A stretch of 64,000 nucleotides of DNA from Gracilinanus agilis (Eukaryota): positions 144,040,862 through 144,104,861 of the forward strand of contig NC_058131.1 of the NCBI RefSeq assembly GCF_016433145.1, written 5' to 3'. Of the stretch, positions 1 through 10,885 are shown in pieces (the first letter of the stretch is position 1; every line of letters begins with the position of its first letter). The notes beneath the pieces were generated by a model that saw nothing but the letters and a program-made list of their open reading frames with translations, had not been told where the DNA came from and ran no database searches. A program made the translations under genes and the position numbers.

Positions 1-1510
1 CCACATGTGGATGGTGAAGAGGAGTGATGTGTGTGACTTGTGGTTCTGAGGTCCTGGAAGTCATAGGATTCCCTTGGGGATTGTGACCTCTGGTCAGGCG
101 TCTAGTGGGGAGTGGCGGGGGCAGATGTTGAGGGAAGAAGGGGCATATTGGCCATTGGGAAGGCTGTCCCTTCCCTTGAAATGTGGCTTCCAAGGCATGT
201 GAAGGAAGAGACAACCTGAATGAATTCCTGGGATGTAACAGGGGTGGACCTTCTCTTTTTCATGTTTCTTAGTTGGTTGGTTGTTTTTGTTCATTTGTTT
301 GTTTGCTTTTTTGGTTTTTTGTTTGTTTGTTTTTTGTTTCTTTGTTGGTTGGAATGTCATTTGGGAGTTCTCTTTTCATTTTCTGGGTTTTTTGATTGAA
401 GAGGAGCACCCATTTCTTTGTAGACCTGCTGCTCCTGGATGGTAAAGAGGAGTGATGTGTGTGTGTGTGACTTGTGGTTCTGAGGTCCTGGAAGTCATGG
501 GATTCCCTTGGGGATTGTGACCTCTGGCAGGTGTCTAGTGTAGAGTAGCTTGGGCAGATGTTGAGGGAAGAATGGGCATGTTGGCTATTGGGTAGGCTGT
601 CCCTTCCCTTGAAATGTGGCTTCCAAGACATGTGAAGGAAGAGAGACAACCCTAATGAATTCCTGGAACATAACAGAGGTGGTCTTTTTCTTTCTCATGT
701 TTCTTNNNNNNNNNNNNNNNNNNNNNNNNNNNNNNNNNNNNNNNNNNNNNNNNNNNNNNNNNNNNNNNNNNNNNNNNNNNNNNNNNNNNNNNNNNNNNNN
801 NNNNNNNNNNNNNNNNNNNNNNNNNNNNNNNNNNNNNNNNNNNTTCTTTTTTTCTTTGTTGGTTTGAATGTCATTTGGGAGTTCTCTTTTCATTTTCTGG
901 ATTTTTTGATTGAAGAGGAGCATCCATTTCTTTGTAAATCTGCTGCACGTGGATGGTAAAGAGGAGTATTGTGTGTGACTTGTGGTTCTGTGGTCCTGGA
1001 AGTCATGGGGTTCCCTTGGGGATTGTGACCTCTGGTCAGGCTTCTAGTGGAGAGTGGCACAGGCAGATGTTGAGGGAAACAGGGGAATGTTGGCCATTGA
1101 GAAGGCTTCCCTTGAAATGTGGCTTCCGAGGCATATGAAGAAAGAGAGACAACCTCAATGAATTCCTGGGGTGTAACAGGAGTGGACCTTTTCTTTCTCA
1201 TGTTTCTTGGTTGGTTGTTTTTGTTTTATTTGTTTGTTTTGTTTTGTTTTATTTGTTTGTTTCTTTTTTTATTTGTTGGTTTGAATGTCATTTGGGAGTT
1301 CTCTTTTTATTTTCTGAGTTTTTTGATTGAAGAGGAGCATACTTTTCTTTGTAGAGCTGCTGCATGTGGGTGGTAAAGAAGAGTGATGTGCTTGATTTGT
1401 GGTTCTGAGGTCCTGGAAGTCATGGGGTTCCCATGGGAATTGTGACCTCTGTTTAGACATCTGGTGGAGAGTGGAGGGGGCAGATGTTGAGGGAAGCAGG
1501 GGCATGTTGG
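1..1510 (-). repeat. Tandem array of ~420 bp units (at least 3.5 copies, continues off the left edge)
   Basis: Anchor GG(A/G)TGGT recurs at 9, 437, 951 and 1368 (spacings 428, 514 across the N gap, 417). Each unit contains an (AAAC)n-like low-complexity tract. Confidence 0.95.
706..843. other. Assembly gap (138 N)
   Basis: Run of N inside the low-complexity part of the tandem array. Confidence 1.
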
Positions 1511-1790
1511 TGAGGGAGACTACAGAGAAGAGAAGAGATCCATCTGTGGCATCAGAAAATGCCACTTGTCCCCTGTCAAAGTCCAGGAAGATGCCCACTT
1601 TCTGCAGGGGCTGGCATTCTCGATGGCCATAGTGTGGATTCCAGAGCAAGAAGACCTGCCCAGAGGAGAACCCCACTAGGACCTTCATGTCATCAGGCAC
1701 GTGGGAGGGACTGATGTTGATGCTGTGTGCATCCGGGCAGATGCCCACTTCCCAGTCTTTCAAACCTGCCGCTTCCATTTCCTAATAGTC
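1500..1790 (-). pseudogene. B30.2/SPRY domain remnant of a TRIML1-like TRIM pseudogene
   Basis: Minus frame reads DY*EMEAAGLKDWEVGIC...P.D...L.G...G...LW.P..G....P..KVGIFLDFDRGQVAFSDATDGSLLFS, co-linear with recalled TRIML1 SPRY motifs ([39 protein letters not shown]). TAG at 1782-1784 replaces the conserved Trp, and a frameshifting deletion follows LLFS. Confidence 0.85.
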
Positions 1791-1829
1791 TTTTAAGGGG
1801 AAAAGATCTAGTCCCTGAATCATTTAGAG

Positions 1830-2900
1830 CTTAATTTTTTTAAAAGTCTCTTTATTCTGTCTTTTTCTTTACAATCTCTTGCGTTTTTCATGTTAAGTAT
1901 TTATAAGTCCCCCCAAATCCTTTTTTTCCCCATTCTCTTTGGAATATATGTGTGTTTTTTAATTCCAATATAGTTTTTAATTCCCTTTCCCCCCTTCTTT
2001 TAATGTAGTGTGTGTTTCCTCAAGATTCCACCGATAATTGTGTTCTTTTTGTTTTTTGGTATTTTTTATTGATAGTTATATTCTTTTCCTCAATTCTCCA
2101 TTGCCTTAGGCTCTTGAGTTCTTTTAGCACAATTCATTTCCTATAATGTCCTCAGTTTTAAAAATATTCCTGAAATGTTGCATTTTACTTTCTACTTCAT
2201 CATTTATTGCTAATTTATCATATCATTTTTCGTTCATTAAATTTTTAAATCTCCAAGGGTTTCTCTCAATATAAGTGAAATATATCTTGTTTTAATTCTC
2301 TCACAGTGTTTTTTCTTCCTTTTTATTCATCATTTGAATTAGGTTTTCAAATACTGTTAGAATGTTATCATATATTCATCCCTCTTCTTCCAATCTTCTC
2401 TTTTGAAGTCTCCACACTCCACACTTCCAATCTTTCTTAATCTACCCAAGTTCATGTTCTCCTACCAACCTACTGTATTTTTTAAATAAAATTTTGAACC
2501 TCTCTATTTTATTCCTATCATTTAACAACTGTGGTTTAAAATAATATATCAGGTATGTTTTTATGGTGCCACAGTTGTAGACATTGTTAAATCTCTTTTC
2601 TTAATGTTAGAATTTTTATTAATGCTGATGGAATTCGAATATATTGTTTATTATCACCTTTTTACTGGTGATAAAACATATAGCATATAAGTTACTTGAC
2701 CTGTATCTCATTTCTAGTAATGGAATTCAGGATATCAAACTATTTTTTTCAGCTTCAGGTCTCTCTTTTTCCATCATTCCATGATGCTTCCCTTTTGCTC
2801 TGTTGGTCAGTATATTTCCTCTCTTCTATTTTGATCTTATTTCCAAGAGGTTCAAGCATGTCTATTTCTTGTTTATTCTTTCATAAACTGTGATAATGTT
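1830..2900 (-). mobile_element. Degraded L1 fragment
   Basis: Strong T skew on + and weak endonuclease-like residues on the minus strand; boundaries approximate. Confidence 0.45.
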
Positions 2901-3099
2901 CAGATGTAGTATTAAATAGTAATCATGCATTGGAATTACACTTATCTAAAAGTTACATCCCAATGTGACAGATACCTCCTATGGATTTTGCCTAAGGTAC
3001 ATGAGAGAGATGACAGAAAATCAGCCTGGTGCTTATATCTTTATTCCCCATCCATAAAATATGAATATATCAACTTTTAAGCCCTGCCCTGCTAAAACT

Positions 3100-3440
3100 T
3101 CCTAGAGCTCAAAGAAGGAAAAGTCTTCCTCAAGAACACTAATTTTTTTTCTGACCTGCTGGTTTGACAGGTTTCCTGTGGTGTACAGATCCTATCAAGT
3201 TCTTCAAACTCTCTTGATGGAGGCTTTGTTGACAGAAAAGTGTTGAGGGATAACATTTTTTTTGGAAAAGTCACCAAGAGGTGAAAGAGATCTCAACCAG
3301 AGGCAAGAGTTTCTGAGGGATAAACAGTCATACTCCTTTATTTGAACATTACCATGGAAAGGACAGAGCTGTGTAACTGTGGGCACAATGTTCAGATGTC
3401 TGCAGAGGGCAGAACTTAATCACACTGAGCATGAATAAGA
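3100..3440 (-). pseudogene. Possible highly decayed TRIM RING/B-box segment
   Basis: Minus-strand frames give C-S-V-*-L, then CAHSY..LSFPW, then ICTPQET. These resemble CxxCL / CGHSFCxxCLxxxW / CxxHQET, but only with frameshifts and deletions. Confidence 0.3.
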
Positions 3441-4869
3441 TGTCAAAGTATTTTGGATAATTTCAAATAAATTTCCTTTTTATAAAATGAAAATGTTCAG
3501 GTAAACTAGCAATATGCTAGAGTAAAAAGACCATTAGATTTGGTCATTCAGAGGACCCAAATCCAGGTGCTAGTTCAGATATTTGCAATTTGCGTGAAGT
3601 TGGACAAGTTACTTCCCTTTTTATGGTCTCCTGTTTATTCACCTTGATATGTACTTGGCATATAAGAAAGGTTAATAAATGCTGTTGCCTCTCTTTGCCT
3701 TACCTGTAAAATGAAGGACATAGAGTAGATCGGTGGTCCTTAAAATCTTCTATGTTAAACTTTCTAAGAGATTGGGCTCTGTCTGATTTATGGAAAGGAA
3801 TAATTTAAAAATCAACTTACTAGTAAGAGAAGTAGTCCTCTTGAGTGTGATATGTCTATATATGAGAGTCAATAGAAGTTCATTTTGGGTATTTGGCTGC
3901 CAAACAGCTGCTGTTTCTCTTTGTTGGTATTCTGGTGAAACTGCAAACCAAAACATAAGCCCCAAATAAGAATGATTTCCTGGAGTTTCTGAGCTCCTGA
4001 TTTTTTTTTTCATATTTTCATTGCTTTAACTTCTTTTGTTTTCCACTTTCACTTTCTTCTCTTTGATCTCAACTCTTTTATTTACATCATCATCATTGAA
4101 TAATGGACCTAGGGGGCTCAGTTTGAATTTCCCAAGGGCCCAGGACAAATGGAAGGAATAAAATCTACCCTCATTCTCTTTTGAAACGTGTAAGTTCTTA
4201 CTCTGCAGTTCATGGTCACAGATTTGTATCTGGGCGAGAATTGGGAAGGAGGGGAAGTTTGTTTTAAATGCCCATTTTGAGACCTTTCCATTTATTCTTC
4301 TCCCCCATCCAATAAGTAAGTGCCTGTCGGTTGTCAGGAAGGAAAGATATTTTTAATCTTGCCAAATTTTAGGGACTTTAATGAATTAACTACTCTTGGG
4401 AGTGTTTGTAATTTCGTATTGTAAAAATGGAATGAAGAGTAAAGGTATTACGTAGCCCTAGAATATCATATACTGAGTATAGACAATATTTGTTGAATTG
4501 AGCTCAAAGATATGAACTACTAGCTGTGGAATTTTGGGTATGAATAGAGAAAATAGAGATTTTTAGAGATGGTGGCTGCATGGGGGGACTTTTTTGGAAC
4601 CTCAAATGATACTAAATGGAAATCTATTCTGCTTCTATATAAAACTGGTCTTAGACACGGGTCAAAGTTGGAAGAACATTGTTGGAAGAACATTGAAATG
4701 GCACCATGATGAAATGTAAATAGCCAGAAAGCCTGGTGGCATCTTGTAAAAAGGTCAGAGGTACAAAAACTGGGACTCAAGGAAACTTAAATAATACTTT
4801 GTTTTAGGATTTAACACCCCTCCCCTACATTTCACTCTGGATTTGGCATTCAGGGCCTTCAGAATAATG

Positions 4870-5545
4870 AAACCTTCAGTGCTGCAACAGCCTCTTCTTA
4901 GGTCTCATTATCTCAACCCTTTCTCTCACCCTTCTCTCCAGTAGATTCTTCATACAGATTCCAGACTAATCTTCTTTATGAATAGACTTTGTCATGTCAC
5001 TCTACAGGTTAAAAGAAAAAAATAAAAGTCTTTTATTGTCTGTTATTTTCTGTCAAGCAAAGTTCAAACATAGCACTGCCTAGCATTGAAAGCCCTTTAC
5101 CACCTGGTGCTTGCTACCCTACTCATGCTCCTTATCTTATTATTCACCTTCACATAGACTAGGCTTCTGACAAACTAAAATGTTCTCTCCTCCTTCCTCC
5201 ACACACCCTTCCTCACACTTTTTTCTGTTTCTCTAATGTCCTATTATTGCTTCCCTGTTGAATCTATACATTTTTGAAAGCCCAATTCAAAGGTCGCCTT
5301 CTATTTAATTTAAACCTTTTAGAAATCTTTGTCAGTAATATTGCTGCCTGCCTCCACTTTTATCTCACAAAGCTCTATGAATGTATTTCTCTATTACCCT
5401 TGTCTGGTACTATTAGGTATTTTATCTCTGCTTGTTAGGATCTTATCTATTTACTAAACTATAAATTCTGTGAGGGACTGTCTTTGTTTTTCCCTCAGTA
5501 TCTATTGCACATGGTAGGATCATTACAAATGTGTATTGAATCTGA
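4870..5545 (+). mobile_element. L2 LINE 3' fragment
   Basis: Pyrimidine-rich body ending ..GAGGGACTGTCTTTG..GCACATGGTAGG..ACAAATGTGTATTGAAT (L2 3' terminus). Confidence 0.65.
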
Positions 5546-6149
5546 GTTAACTGAACCAAAATCTCATTATGTTTTGATAAGACACTGGGTTTTCCGGCAA
5601 TTTTATCTTAGTTGTTAACAATCCCTGACTACAAAGCAATTCTATGAGGTTCAGAATTAGATATTCAGAAAATGGGCTAAAATCCTGGAGAAATGTTATT
5701 TAAAATCCCAATTCTACAGGAAGTTTTGGTGACCCAAACTAGTGAAGTCTATTTTCTTCTTTCACCTAAATTTACATTTATCTTTAGTGTTATCCTCTGA
5801 CCTTTTTGTAGTTGAGACAAAATTCAAGTGAGTAGAAACATTGATAAATATACTTATTCAGTAGAAGATGTACTGTGTTCATTAATTGACTGTCACTGAG
5901 AGAAAAGTTGGGGAAAGAAAACGCAAGCCCTTTTCTTGAACTTTCCTCAGTATTTGAGGGAAATTGAATTCATGGATTCAGCTAGAGAGCTGCTTTGAGA
6001 TGCCCATATGGCTAATGGCTCTCATTGATCTCTTGTTCTTGTCTTTGGCTCAGTCCTATTTCTTTCTCCTTTTTCCTTTTGCCCCCCTATGCTACCTCTC
6101 ATTGCTGGCTCAGCACTGTGTAGTGCTAGGAAGCATGATGCATTTACTA

Positions 6150-6960
6150 CAGCAACTGCTTCTCAGTTATTAAATATTAATACATTTTTTCAGTTTATCT
6201 CCCCCTCCAGACTGTGCATATTTCTTTTTTTCCCTTTTAACATTATTATTATAATTTGCTTCTCTTCTTCTAGATTGTCCTTAACTTCTGGTCTTTCCAT
6301 TTCCAATTTATTATTTTTCTTTTGTTTCTTTGGTAAGGCTTACCATTAGAGATTCCAATGTTTCTATACTACTCAATATATTTGTTGTTTAGGTCATAAA
6401 TTCTGCTCTCATAATTGCCATTTCTTTTTTGAGAAATAGCATATTGTAGTTCCCTGTACTCCTTAAATTCCATAGGATTCTCCATCTCAGCAAATATTTT
6501 ACTAATTTTCCTTTGTTTTACATTATTTATTCATTGATGCCTAAATTTATTTACTAGATTGATCATATTTCCTCCTATTATTACTATTTTTCCTTTTGGT
6601 TTACTTGCATGTTTAAAACTTTAGCAGTTTCTTCTTCTTGAAATCTTTGGAAATTTCAATCCCCGCCCTCCCATTTTTCCTATCATTCACATTCTGATTC
6701 TCTCTGCTGATTGTGGTTTCTTTTGGGAATGATGTCTCAGTCTCCTCCCATATGGGGCTCCAGCCTAGGTCTCTGGCACAATTGATTTTGGGGTCATAAA
6801 ACTGGTCTCAGCTGGATATTATACTTTTCCCTTGAGTCGTAGGATGAGGCATAACAGTTCTCTTCCTCCTGCTATGTAGTGTTCTGGCTTGGTGTTTTAT
6901 CCAACTTCTTTTGTGCCTTAGTTCTTTGGCATTCATTGCATGTTTTGAGCTTTACAAGAC
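6150..6960 (-). mobile_element. Degraded L1 fragment (ORF1/5' part)
   Basis: T-rich skew and L1-like composition; no intact ORF. Confidence 0.35.
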
Positions 6961-7573
6961 CAGTATTATAGGGTTTTCTGCCTTAGTGCTGGTCTCCTGG
7001 CACTGGAAATTTAGATCTTTGCAGCACTTGTTCTACAGTGTTGAAACCCCTACCAGGGTTTTGCTCCTAACCATATGTGGCTGTGACAGGGCAGATCTCC
7101 AAAGCTAGACACTGAAAAGAAGGAAGGAGGACAAGAGTGTGAAGACTGATTTCGTTGTGATCCTCTGTTATGCTCATGGGTCTGCTGGTAGAAAGGGAAG
7201 TAGGGAGGGATGTTTTAAATTCAAAGTCAGTGAATACCATTTAATTGGTTTAAACCAGTGGCCCCCCCTGGATCGATGCAGTACCCACTTTGAAAAAAGG
7301 CTTTTACTTGACCTTAAAATCCCTTAATTTCCACCTTAATCCTTTTCTTTCACTGACACATTTCTCAAACATGTAATATATGTAAAAAACTCATTTATAT
7401 TTCACTTTAAATGTTATAAAACACTTTATTCATAATAACACCATGAAAAAGGCAGGGCAAGTATAATTATTATTCCCATATTATACAAGAGGAAACTGAA
7501 GTTATGAAAAGTCCAGTGACTTATCCATGATCACAGAACTTTTTTCAGGAGAGTTATTTGATAAACATTTACA

Positions 7574-7820
7574 GTTGTTGTTCAGTTGTTTCACTCATGT
7601 CCGACTCTTCATGCCCCCATATACAGTTTTCTTGACAAAGACACTGGAATACTTTGCCATTTTTGTCTCTAAATCATTTTATAGATGAGGAACTGAGGCA
7701 TACAGGGTTAAATGACTTGCTTAAGGTTACACAGCTAGTAAGTATCTGAGGCCATATTTGAACTCAGGTCTTCTTGATGCCAGCCCTAGCAGTATATATG
7801 TTCCTACAACCTAGCTGTCT
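7574..7820 (-). mobile_element. Mar1 SINE
   Basis: RTE/BovB-like tail (GTTGTTCAGT..CATGTCCGACTCTTC..ACTGGA..TTGCCATT) joined to the CORE domain (GAGGAACTGAGGC..GTTAAATGACTTGC). Confidence 0.8.
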
Positions 7821-8049
7821 AGCAGCACAACCCTAATAATAGAGATCTAGAGTTAGAAGGAACCCCAGAGACCTTCTATTCTAATCTTCTCATATGATAG
7901 AAGGGGAAACTAAGGCCAAAGAGGGCTAGACTTTCTCAAGGTCATATAGATAGTAATCATCAGAGACTACATTTGAACCATGGCTTCTGACTGGAGACAG
8001 ATATTTGATCTTATGCCATGGTTATTGTGTCTAATAGCTTCTATAGGTG

Positions 8050-8310
8050 CAACACCTGCTGTCACCTGGCTTCCTTCAGGTGACAGTTAAAACCCAACCT
8101 TTTACAGCAAGCTGTTCCTTCTCTCCCTTAATTCTAAAACCTCTCTTCTATTGATTATCCTGTCTATATCTTGGCTCATATTTGCTACTATGTTGTCTCC
8201 CTATCTTGACTGTGGGCTTCCTGAGAGTCTGGACTATCTTTTATCTTTCTTTGTATCCCCAATACTTAGCAGAGTGCCTGGAACTTAGTAGGTACTTAAT
8301 AAATGTTTAT
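8050..8310 (+). mobile_element. L2 LINE 3' end
   Basis: ..CTTTGTATCCCCAATACTTAGCAGAGTGCCTGG..TAGTAGGTACTTAATAAATGTTT. Confidence 0.75.
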
Positions 8311-8399
8311 GTTCTGGAGAGTGAAGAAAAACACAGATGAGTGGTTGATATAAGGCAGCCAATCAGTCCATAAACATTATCCTTTTCTTATGGAGGATA

Positions 8400-9458
8400 A
8401 CCTGGGCAAATGGTACTTCTATCTCCTGAGCATTTGGGAAAAATAAAAGATTACAGCTGGACACCTGAAAGAAAGAAAAGCAAGGAGTGGTTAAAAAAAG
8501 TCATTGTTGCACATTCCTTTGGAGGAAGAGAGAATAATACTGAAGTAGGGGGAGAACATTAGTACTTGACTTGACAAATCAGGGAGGTAGATGAGGAGAA
8601 GGAGATTATCTGGTATATGACTGGGTAAGATGAGGGGCAACATGAAGAATATTTAATGTGACATCTTGGTGAAATGGGAGGCAGAACTGATGTGTAGGAT
8701 AGGAATAAGACTTGAATAAAACTTGAAACATAATATTGAGTATGTATGTTGGGAGTGTGGTGACCTATAGAGTGTATGGGTGAGAGTATGTATGTCTGTT
8801 GGGAATGCCTAGCAAACTCATCTCGGAGCTTCCTATATACCAATTATGGGGAACCTTTTGGAACTTTTTAGGGACCCTGTGCCATGCTCCCCCCCCCCCA
8901 CTGCCCATCCCCATTGCATGCCATGCCCCACCCCCTGGCTGCATGCAGGGGTGTGGCTGCCAATGTTCCATTAGGATACCAGTATGTACAATTCGAGGAA
9001 TACATAGTCATTTTCTTCCTGGAGGTGGCAGTGTACCCAGTGCAATTTCTACACAGTGCTTGAGTCATATTAAAAGGAAAAGGGCAAGTGACCTAATGAG
9101 CATCATTCCCATGTGTTGGACCAGGGAATATTCAGTAAAAGTGAAAGCTGCCCCATGAGAAGGCAGGGGTCATTCTCTAAGGTATCCCAAGGGAGGTAGC
9201 CAGAACCAGAGTGGATGGAATTTCCTAGAAACCTCAGGCATTTGGTAGGCCTTTGAGGCACTGAGACCACTGGCTAGGGGCCTTGGATTTTCTTTGCTTT
9301 GTGGTTATTTCTTGCATACCCAACAGTCTGAGGGACCTTCTTTAGCTACTGCTTCCCCCAATTGAATTAGGGAATTATCTGCCCAGTTAGCTGGGTGCTG
9401 AAATAACAGTGAAGGTTTTGGGGATGGGATTGGATGTTATTTAGGCCTGTATCAGAAA
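8400..9458 (-). mobile_element. Probable decayed env region of the same ERV
   Basis: Lies downstream of the pol end on the same strand and has Cys/N-glycosylation-like fragments (NCT, PNGT). No intact env motif; boundaries approximate. Confidence 0.35.
8841..8980 (+). mobile_element. hAT (OC1-like) left end
   Basis: CAATTATGGGGAACCTTTT resembles the TIR CAGTGATGGCGAACCTTTT. It shares GGGACC(C)TGTGCCATGC and ATGCCCCACCCCCTG with 10750-10835. Confidence 0.4.
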
Positions 9459-10095
9459 TGTAATCGGGGTTTGGGAAGGTCACCCAAGCCTAGTGCAAGC
9501 AGAGCCAGACACTGAAATGACACAAACACCCACTAATTTGTTAAATGGAAGTTGTTTTAATTATTAACAAGGGAAAGGTAAGAAAGGATTTTGACAATCT
9601 TAAGCTAAGGTTTTCTATCTAAACCCCACAAGATCTAAATGTCCTGTCACCAGGAGTCTTTGTGGATTTAGCTACACTGAGTTCACTTATCTGTCTAGGG
9701 ACCCAGATCCTAATATAAATATCCTACACTAAGCCAAACCAAGCCCCCGTTAGGTGTTAATGGAGATAGTTAGGTAGGACATGGCCCAAGAAGAGGGTTT
9801 TGGATCCTAAAGGACCCAAATCAAATTCTCCCAGACAGATGGCTCAGCTGTACAGTATCACACAGAAAACTCAGCAGATGTTTCAATCAAGTAACAGGGA
9901 AGCAGGTACAATGGAGAAGTTCAGATATAACACAGCCAGCAAAAGCAGGTACCCATTTCCCCTCCAGGTAAACCCTAGAGAGTGAATATGAACCAGCACA
10001 AGGTCAACTGACTCTCCCAGTAGAATTCTAGAATTCCTTACTCTGCTTTCCCATGTCTCTGCCCTCTGCAAATACACTTAACTTTACTTATAACA
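9459..10095 (-). mobile_element. LTR-like element (~637 bp) within the ERV remnant
   Basis: TG...CA termini (TGTAAT...TTATAACA) and an AATTAAA-like signal near the minus-strand 3' end. No matching TSD or PPT found. Confidence 0.4.
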
Positions 10096-10239
10096 GTGCT
10101 CATAGTTCAAAACCCTGGAAAAGACCCAGAATGTGAGGAGGGAATAATCATGGGGTCAGGTAGTTAAGAATTAAGGCAACAGGTATTAACAGAGGGGATT
10201 AAGATAGCAAAGAGAGGGGAAGGAGACTACTTATTCCAA

Positions 10240-10680
10240 AGTATCCTGAAACTTTGAGGTCTTCCACCCACTCACAGGAACAGGTGTCTCCATCTCCTCT
10301 TTTGCCACCTCTTTCTGGGGGGATAAAGGTTTTAATTTGAGAGACATGAGTCCATGTATTCTGTCCTTCCAGTTTTACAGCAGTGGAAGTGGTTAGGATG
10401 GCTCTCTGGGGACCCTCCCATCAAGGTGTTAGCTGGTTCAAGCCCTCCATTTGGGCCAGGTATGTGATTTTCTTTCTATCCTCCTTTGAAGGATTAGGGA
10501 AGATCTGATTAGCATATTCCCTTAAGGCTTGGGGAATGGGGCTCAGCCCTAGAATTGCTCAGAGTTTTTTAAAATTAGAGTCAGTACAATCAGTAGGGCC
10601 TAGACCCAATCAATTCTTTGCTTACAAAAGCAAGACTGTTATCTGTTCTATTGGGGAAAGCCACTTTCTGGTCCAGGGAG
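10240..10680 (-). mobile_element. Endogenous retrovirus (class I / ERV1-like) pol integrase remnant
   Basis: Minus frame: TDNSLAFVSK (SDNGPAFVSK motif), then after an internal deletion QALREYANQIFPNP...LTP*WEGPQRAILTTSTAVKLEGQNTWTHVSQIK...SCEWVEDLK. This matches the gamma-type integrase C-terminus (PRWxGPxxVLLTTPTAVK...WIH; YSCEPLEDL). Confidence 0.85.
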
Positions 10681-10699
10681 CCTGGGGGGAGGGTGGCCT

Positions 10700-10885
10700 C
10701 ATCTGGGGCTGAGCTGAGCTCAACTGCACTCAGACTCAGCAACAGTGGAGAGGCTAGAATGCCCCACCCCCTGTGTTTGGGGGCAGGACCAGCCTCCCAG
10801 CTGCTCAAGCCAGGGACCTGTGCCATGCCCATGGGCTGATTTCTGAATGCCATCTGGTACATGTGCCATAGGTTCACCATCACCA
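10700..10885 (+). mobile_element. hAT (OposCharlie/OC1-like) non-autonomous element, right end
   Basis: Ends ...ATGTGCCATAGGTTCACCATCACCA, close to the recalled OC1-type terminus GTGCCATAGGTTCGCCATCACTG. Flank ATTTAAAT fits the hAT target pattern. Confidence 0.6.

Noticed and set aside
1-1510. Repeat array as a CRISPR-like or protein-coding repeat
   Set aside because: Units are ~420 bp, diverged and have no unique spacers. The short K/N/Q-rich ORFs come from (AAAC)n tracts, and the context is mammalian.
8632-8670. CX6CC (CHIKYSSCC) as an env transmembrane motif
   Set aside because: No immunosuppressive-domain-like sequence before it and no membrane anchor after it; spacing from the pol end does not fit.
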